From Mytilus edulis (Eukaryota), in assembly GCF_963676685.1 (NCBI RefSeq), contig NC_092355.1, positions 13,330,001-13,394,000 of the forward strand: DNA of 64,000 bases, read 5' to 3'. The number at the start of each line of letters is the position of its first letter. Positions within the stretch are counted from its first letter, which is position 1. Below are positions 56,501 through 64,000 of this stretch, piece after piece. The notes under the pieces were generated by a model. The model searched no databases and had not been told where the DNA came from. It saw only the letters and a program-made list of their open reading frames with translations. Both the position numbers and the translations under genes were made by a program.

Positions 56501-59262
56501 GAGTTCAGTATTTTTGTGATTTTACTTTTTTTTCAAACGAACAGATAACAACCGGCATTTTACTGCCTTGTCACAGGCATTTTCTCATGTGTGCTAAACT
56601 TGGTGTTATAGCTAACGAAACCTCTCACTTGTATGGTTATCACCAAAAAAAAAATCAATGATATTGACAACGAGGTGCGAAAACAAATAAACAGACATAA
56701 TAGGTAAAGGTACGTTATTTTTTTTTATTTTTTTACTGGACGGACGGAACTGAGTATTACTTTCATTAAAACAATGAGGTACGATGAGGTGCTTTGTTAA
56801 TTAATATACGACAAGGAAGTCTGTTTTATAAGATAAAATCAAAAGACGAACGCCAAGTTACCAAATCTTAAATAGGCAAACTCTAGAAATGAAATAGATA
56901 CTCAAATAGATTTCCGTACACGATTTCAAAACACAAAATATAAATATCGTACACCGACTTGACTTCTATTATATTTTTCCATTTAGCTAAATAATATCAG
57001 ATTAAAGCAACGTATTTATCGATGGATTTTTTTGGAATATACAGAATTAGTTTTGAGATCAACATCTTCTGGTGAGAAAAAAAGTGAAAATATACAAATC
57101 TCCTGCTCACATTGCAATGTCGAACCAACTGTTATCCATAAACATTACACTCGATGGAAAGTCAATTTCACATAAAAGTCAATCATAATTCGACTCAATC
57201 ATTATAGCTTCAATCGATATAGATTTTTGAACGTATTTTTCGGACATGTTATGGATTGAGTTCGATTAAAAATGGTAAAATGAAAGGAAGGAGATGTGGT
57301 GTGATTGGCAATGAGAAACCTATCCACTGAAATTAACTGAATTGGATGTAATTAGCTACAGTCAGCCATAAGGCTTTCCGAAATGGTACCGACCAGAACA
57401 TGCACGACAAAGGCTTAATATAATGTGATAACCAATACCGTGGTGTCGTTAATTGTTGTAGTATAACTCATAACGTTGGAATTCTTCTTGCAGATTTACG
57501 CATTTGCTAGTCATGTTAGTTCTCTAAGTTTTTAACGTGCACTTTGGGGTAATAGTTTGGTTCATATCAAAAATAGTAGGATAACATTTAATTTTTCATA
57601 TAACGTTGTCAATTTGTCAAAATGAATAAGTTGTGCACAATATAATGACAATACATCTTTCCTTATCGTTATGCGGTATACGGAAATGTGAACTAAACGT
57701 CAAGTAATTAAATCTGATCTATTTAGAGCATGCTATTTGTTAACTGATACACACAACAATACACAACAATTGCACACTTACAATATACAAATGTTCAAAC
57801 ACAATCCCAGGCAAATTACTATGCTAGTAAACATGCAAATTTCTACTGATATAAATTATTAAAAACAAAGCAAAGAGAAAAGAAAATAGTCAAAGGAGGA
57901 TAACTATATTTTTGACGTTTAATATTACATTTCTTTAGCAGTAACACTTTCTGCCATCAATAACAAGTTGCCTACAATGCTATCAGCTATGTTTTTAGTT
58001 GGCAATCTACATGCGTTGATTCGAGCGTAACTCATGGGTCTAGTAAACACGAAACACCGGTCTTGCGTACAGCATTATGCATCTGCATTTTATAAGTATG
58101 AACTATTAGGGATATGCAAACTACAATACATTGCTGTCATATGTGATTGCTAATCGGTTTATGTTTGAAAATCAGGCTTGTTCTGATAGACATGTGAAAT
58201 AACTAAAAATAAAACGCTCAATATAATGTGATAAGTGCTAACCGGCCATTGTTTTATATTGTTTGCAGAAAAACAACAAAATAAACTAATTGTTAACTCG
58301 TTACATTTTTCGTAAAGATAGCAGATGTCAAAGGCACAATGTTTCGCCTCCATGTCATGTTGTAATTTCTATGATTGTTAAAAATAAAAAATAAAAGGTC
58401 TTTACGTCTTGATTGGTTATTGATTTCCAGAGAAATCACTTTAGTTTATTTTTCAATTAATGCTAAATCTGCTAGAGAATACACTCATAACTCTTCTTTT
58501 GTTTAACTATATATGTTCTGTATTGTTTGTTTACCTCTGAACATATCATTTGTATGCACTTGCGGCAAACGAGTTATATTTAAAACAATCGCTAGTTTAT
58601 TACAGAAAATATTTAATGATGCAGAAATCCTTGGTTTACATTCTTATAAGCTTGGTTTATCTATAATATACAGAGTACGATCGGTGACCCTCATTCCACA
58701 TTGTTCCACATTTCTTATCATTGCATATTGTCGGTTGTAGTATAGTTTTAAAAGTTTCAAGGTTAATGACGCAATTCCCTTATCACTTTTTATAAACTTT
58801 CTACAAATTGATGACTTTTTTTAACAGGGAAGAAACTGACCATTATCTTTTTAAATTAAAATCACATTCGATCTTATATACGATAATCGCCAAAGGGTAA
58901 TGGATTATGTTGGCCCTGACGGACAAGAAGAAACAGTAAAAGAAACCATGGCCAGTTATAGTGTATATAATTCTATTTACAACTTTTAACCAATACTAAC
59001 AGTAGCAGTAGCATTCGTATATGTTATAAGAGTCAAATCGTCCAATTCATGTGTTTTTACTGCAGATGATTGATTTGTATACGACAATAAATATAACGTT
59101 TTCGAGTAAACAAATTTGCAAACAGTACTTTAAACGCCAATTATCAAATGAATGTCTATTTTGACTAGTTCCACCTTCGTTTAAACCTGTTATTAAAATA
59201 CAAATAAGCATAGAGCACAAAATCTTACCAGACACAAGAAACCACAATTGAACGGTACACAT
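41534..59262 (-). CDS. Micro-exon gene, 14 coding exons, 260-aa predicted secreted His-rich protein with two internal repeats (unknown family)
   Basis: Exons (minus): 59262-59229, 55566-55465, 52202-52170, 50469-50422, 49982-49929, 49133-49035, 48291-48217, 46471-46433, 45915-45883, 44814-44767, 44134-44042, 43448-43428, 42588-42517, 41565-41534. All are GT-AG and phase 1; total 783 nt with no internal stop. Protein: MCTVQLWFLVSGLIAISPA-KHHHETTIKHTTKPPTTTTHRSFFFQSSTCHSVRRKQHAILLLEEWVKHDNYNAVERLYHDIYHKSLQDRKRFFLDNVGSHPSNQLVHSYTSVYDEAFLNGNPDYTHVESYINTHMNAECRRQIMIWIEDLAKHDTKSPTETGEHCTDLRDANHVISLLNGWERHHHFADVQRLYLEVALGFHALTETNGDKEMEHDRLHDDDSVSDYTHVRLRLVRLSSYCRQIVFAWIEDDARKHTAPA*. Exons 1-6 are conserved in the paralogue with only frame-preserving indels. 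Exons 9-14 repeat exons 3-8. AATAAA lies 22 nt after the stop. Confidence 0.88.
41627..41814. mobile_element. MITE
   Basis: ACTGTAAACCA...TGGTTTACAGT terminal inverted repeat with internal TTCGCG/CGCGAA motifs. Confidence 0.6.
42662..42960. mobile_element. Abundant short interspersed repeat (AAAAGAAGATGTGGTATGATTGCCAATGAG family)
   Basis: Related pieces at 75-124, ~47900-48160, ~55050-55330, ~57290. Confidence 0.65.
44997..45560. repeat. 94-bp tandem repeat, 6 copies, intronic
   Basis: AGCTTCTTTTTGATAG... recurs at 44997, 45091, 45185, 45279 etc.; copies differ by few bases. Confidence 0.95.
54175..55053. repeat. ~197-bp degenerate tandem repeat, ~4 copies
   Basis: CTTTTTCAAATCAACTTGGA... 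at ~54181, 54380, 54576, 54851; the ~100-bp segment 54680-54780 is duplicated at 54955-55053. Confidence 0.8.
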
Positions 59263-61344
59263 TATTCTCCGTCTGTAGAACAACTAAATAGTATGCACCA
59301 TTGTCACGATTGTAAATGAGATAAATTATGAGGCCTTGACATATCAGTCATTACATTTTCAATATTCATAATTATCTCTGCGTTCTATCTCGTTATTTGT
59401 TCAATCGTGAACATATGAGCTAGTTATTTTTGTAGGGATGTTACACTTTTGAGGCGATATAAAAAGTTGCTAATAATCCCGATATAACATCTTTTCTATA
59501 ATTCTTACCCGATTTTTTCATTTCCCAACCTGTTGATAATTTGTATTAAATCAACGTTTGGTTCGTTTAATCTCAGTTCTTCATTGGTAAAAATTCGATT
59601 ATGACGTCAAACTGTGTTGCTTTTTTCTGAATTTCTTAGTGTGAAAAAAAAGCGACCATGTCTGATGCCGTAACATAGCGAAAGCACATCTTTGTACTGT
59701 AGTAAAACTATGCATTTTTTTTATTTAAGGATTAGTTAAGTTTTTTTTCATATAACTGTTCCTATTTATCATAACTGTTTTAATTTCTATGAAATCAAAC
59801 ATTCTGGTACGACTTGACCAAGAGAAGTAAAAGCAAAGAAAACATGAATGGTTCTGATTAACTTAACAATTACTGCTGATTAAGTACCAAATTTAGGATC
59901 ACATTAATGTGTAACAAAACAAATAAGCATGAAGCCAAAACATAAATAAAATTAAACATATAAGAAAACGACAAAAAGTATACAAGAAAGTGCTTCGCCA
60001 TGAGCTCAAGATTCTTTTGTCGCAAAATCAACAAGTAAAGTTCGATATAACTCTTCAATAGCTTATTAGAAATTTATATAAAAAACACTTAAGCTAGTTT
60101 AGCTAAAAGATATTTTATTCATGTTTTGGCTTCATGCTTATTAATTTTGCAGTTGATAATATTCTGAAGCAAAGAAACAGTAATGAAAAATATCACAATA
60201 AGGGAAGAATTAGCTTGTTTGAGCGTCTATTGCAATACCCTTTCGAATGAGATAATTAAGTCATTAACAGATATCAAAGACTCCATCTGTTACTTGTGAT
60301 TCCAATTAACAAAATAATTGGCATCACTTGTTGGACAGGATCGGCTAACTCTTGAAGAGCATATGTGATCACCCTCTTTATTTTAGTAAGATACGTGTAG
60401 CAGTGTGTTTATGTCCACTTGCTATGTTCTTGCAAAGGCGTTGTCCCTTTAATTCGTTATTTTGATTGCTCTATCGGTGTCTTCCGTTTCTGTTTATAAG
60501 CTCGTTTCCTGGACGTTTTATGGTCTACCTTTATTCGCCCGCTTGTTCGTCCGTCAGTCCGTCGTACACATGTTGGACTATAACTAAAAAAGATTTGAAA
60601 CAAATTTTAGGAAATTTATTTGAATTGTTCATATATATTGTTCCTAATGACTTTACTACAATTCCGTTCCCTTTTCACGACTGTGACCTACCAAATTATA
60701 CTATTTACTGGGTTATTATAAGCATGAACAACACGAAATTTGCCACATATGAAACAAAAATTGCCTACCCTTCCGGAGCACATGTGATCATCTCCGTGAT
60801 TGGTGGGATTTGTGTTGCTCATCCTTTTTTTTCTATGCTGTGTTTTGTCTACCTTAATTTGTCTGTTTGTCTGGAATTTTTCTTTTTTAGCCATGGTATT
60901 GTCAGCTAGTTTTTTCTTATATATGAGTTTGAATGTCCCTCTGGTATCTTGGGCCCCTCTTTTGTTGCTATCTGAATATCATGTGTTTATTATTATATCG
61001 TTTTGAATTCAAAGAAATGTATGTACATAATTTTATGATAAAATAAGGTAGGTTGTACTTCAATATACGATCATGTTTATCATAACTCATTTATATATAC
61101 AGTCGATTCTAGTGGTCTCAAAGATGATCAAGCAAACGAGAAAAAAACCAACTAAATAACAACATTGTAGCAATCAGAGGATAAAATGAATAAATAACAA
61201 TATAATTTTACGTCTGAATCATATTTTGGAAATAAACATTTTTAGAATAAAAAGAGAAAAAATTTAGTTGAGTGTATTATGCTAATATGAAAATTGGAAA
61301 AACAATTTATTTGCTAAATATCAAATAAATGCATTGTCATGATA

Positions 61345-63486
61345 TGGAACGCCACAGCTGTCTTATGTGGAACTCTGATATTACGTTATGTTGTCTTACT
61401 ATAACTTGATTATATTTTGTCTTTACTTAATATGGTTTTGACATTACGTAATGATGTTTTGATATAACTCAATATGGAATAGTCATTACTTAATGATAAT
61501 TTGATATTACACGACATGGTTTCGTATTGACTTGATATAGTTTTGTCACTACTCAATACGGTTTTGTCATTATTCAATGTGGTTTCATCATTATTAAATG
61601 TGGTTGTGTCATTAGTCAATGTGGTTTTAACATTACTTGATGTGAAGGTGACTTAACGTTATGTAGTTGTTTCATTACATGATGTGGTTTTGTTATTTCG
61701 TAATGATGATTTGCCTATTCTTTATATGGTTTTAACATTACGTAATGATGTTTCACAATTTGACGATTTTACACTACATAATGTGTTTGTTTCATTATTT
61801 GGTGTGGTCCTGTCATTCTTTGATGTGGTTATGCCATTACTAGATGAGGTAAAACGACGTGACCAATTCGGAAAAACCTGTTCTATTTTTAGATAGATTT
61901 CAATGTTGTATACAATATGCCTTGGATGAGTGTGGCCATCAATCGAATTAAAATTCAAATTAAAGTTCGGGTTACTGTTCAATTAAAACTTTGAGTTAGT
62001 CTTCGATTTCGAATTCAAGACATTATTATAGAATTAAAGTTCTAGTTAGCATTGAGTTTGGAGTTGAACTTTATGATTTGATTTTTCTAATAGAATGAAT
62101 TTGAGTAGGCATTCACAGTTTCCCGCAAAAAATGTTTAACTATCCATGCAGGGTTATCGTTTCATTGAGATATGCTTACGTTCTTGAGATATACTTCCGC
62201 ATGTGTGTGCATATATATTAATGATTTTACACTTATATGTATATACATTTAACAAAACATTTTAATAGTATTAATTTATTTTCTTTAAAAAGTATTTGAA
62301 GAGTATTCATTGAAGAAATTAATTTATAACAATCGATAAGGAAAATTCGTTTGCACTTGATGATGTCTACGTATCATCATGTTTATAGATCGGTTAAAAT
62401 CCAAAAACGAATATTACTTAATTGAAATCTAGGCGATAGCAATACATCGGAATGACCTCACGGTCATCCGTTGTAAAAAGATTGACATTCGTATATGTTC
62501 AAATGATCATTTTCGTAAAAACAAAAAAATAGGAGACTTCTTATTTTATAGTACTGATGCTTTGTCGGTTAGTCCGAGCCCTCAATATCAAAAAAAGCAT
62601 CTACAAAAAAAAAAACACATTTTATTTTAATTTTGTTTTTACCGATAAATGTATCTATAAATGAACAGCCGGTCAACATTACGTTTTACACCGACAGCAG
62701 CAATATCAGTCGAGGGACAGTGTTCCGCGGAATATTTTACAAAATTATATAATACTGCTTCTATTAAAGAACTAAGAGGAAAACGGCAGGACCAAGTGGT
62801 TTGGGGATATGTCCAAAATGTTGTAAACTTTTAGTACTATTTTCTTATTATTGTCTGTCATTCCCCTTTTTTCATATCAAATAATATGAACAACCATTCG
62901 AACATTAATTTGAACTTTTACTCAATGGATAGCGATACCCATCCAAAAGGACATAAAACAAACGACATATTTAAATCTGTTTAAGAATAGAACATATTTT
63001 TCCGAAATGATCACGTGATTTTACCTCATCAAGTAATGGGATAACCACATCAAGGAATGACAGGACCACATCAAATTATAAAGCAAACACATCATGTAGT
63101 GTAAAATCGTAAAATTTTGAAACATCATCACGTAATATTAAAAACACATAAAGAATAGGCAAATCATCATTACGAAATAACAAAAACACATCATGTAATG
63201 AAACAACTACATAACGTAAAGTTACATTCACATCAAGTTATGTTAAAACCAAATTGACTTATGACACAACCACATTAAATAATGATGAAACCACATCGAG
63301 TAGGGACAAAACCATATTGAGTAATGACAAAATTATATCAAGTCAATACGAAACCATATCGTGTAATATCTTAACATCATTACGTACTGTCAAAACCATA
63401 TTAAGTAAAGACAAAATATCATCAAGTAATAGTAAGATAACATAACGTAATATCAGAGTTGCACATAAGACAGCTGTGGCGTTCCA
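61345..63486. mobile_element. Foldback-like non-autonomous DNA transposon, ~600-bp TIRs, TA target duplication
   Basis: TGGAACGCCACAGCTGTCTTATGTG... inverted at both ends (61345-61970 / 62900-63486); TIRs are built of 21-bp subrepeats; TA on both flanks and a single TA at the empty paralogous site (~19412). Confidence 0.85.
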
Positions 63487-64000
63487 TAGATCGTTAATCT
63501 AAATGATCATGGTTGGTTTTTTTTAACATAAAACACTTTTAAAATTAAATACGACTCAAAATCTGTATAAACAGTGAGTGTGAAAATAAATATCAACTAA
63601 TAAATCTGTTTGTTAAGCTGATATACCGTATAGCGGGTTATTTTCGCGGGTGTAAAATTTCGCGATTTTCATGGAATAAGATATACGACATATTTCTGCG
63701 TTTATTTTTTTGGCGGATTTCAAACTTTTATTTATACATTTGCATGTGAACTTTTGAATTGTTGGAATTCACTTTAACGATTTTGTTCTATCCGCGAAAA
63801 TAAGCGAAAATTTACACCTTGCGATCATAACCCACTATACGGTTAGTCGTTGTTTAAAAACATATCCTTAATAAAGTTAATTCGATTCAGTCACAGTTAT
63901 AATTCATATGTGTCATCTTCATTTACATTTAACCATCCCCTGTTTCCATTGAATCTACTTCATATAAATCGTTGTTTTATTTATACTCGTCTCACTGGAA

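Larger units (their letters stand above)
48385..63980 (+). repeat. Segmental duplication, copy B (lacks NPC1-NTD gene; carries local inversion)
   Basis: See copy A. 60140-60635 is the reverse complement of ~13710-14215, and no counterpart of ~14220-18685 is present. Confidence 0.9.

Noticed and set aside
59508-59530. Possible 5' UTR micro-exon with conserved GTAAGA donor
   Set aside because: Upstream sequence is not shared with copy A; unsupported without transcripts.

Overview
AT-rich eukaryotic genomic DNA. The dispersed repeat families look like those of mytilid mussels (Mytilus-like; this is inferred from repeat recognition only). Most ORF-track calls are noise or transposon debris. Splice-aware reading gives four genes. 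(1) A 14-coding-exon micro-exon gene on the minus strand (41534-59262), absent from the ORF track. All 13 introns are phase 1, and it encodes a 260-aa secreted, His-rich protein with two internal repeats that I cannot assign to a family. (2) A disabled paralogue of that gene (565-11292, continuing off the left edge). (3) A 3-exon gene (14594-17118, +) encoding only a signal peptide plus an NPC1 N-terminal sterol-binding domain, followed by a stop. (4) A 2-exon 7TM receptor gene (27453-29537, -). Positions ~1-20 kb and ~48.4-64 kb are diverged copies of one block; the second copy lacks the NPC1-NTD gene at a deletion/inversion junction. Mobile DNA includes hammerhead-ribozyme-bearing retrozyme-like repeats, Penelope-like RT remnants, LINE fragments, Kolobok-like, foldback-like and Helentron-like non-autonomous elements, and several minisatellites. 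All alignments and translations were done by eye.
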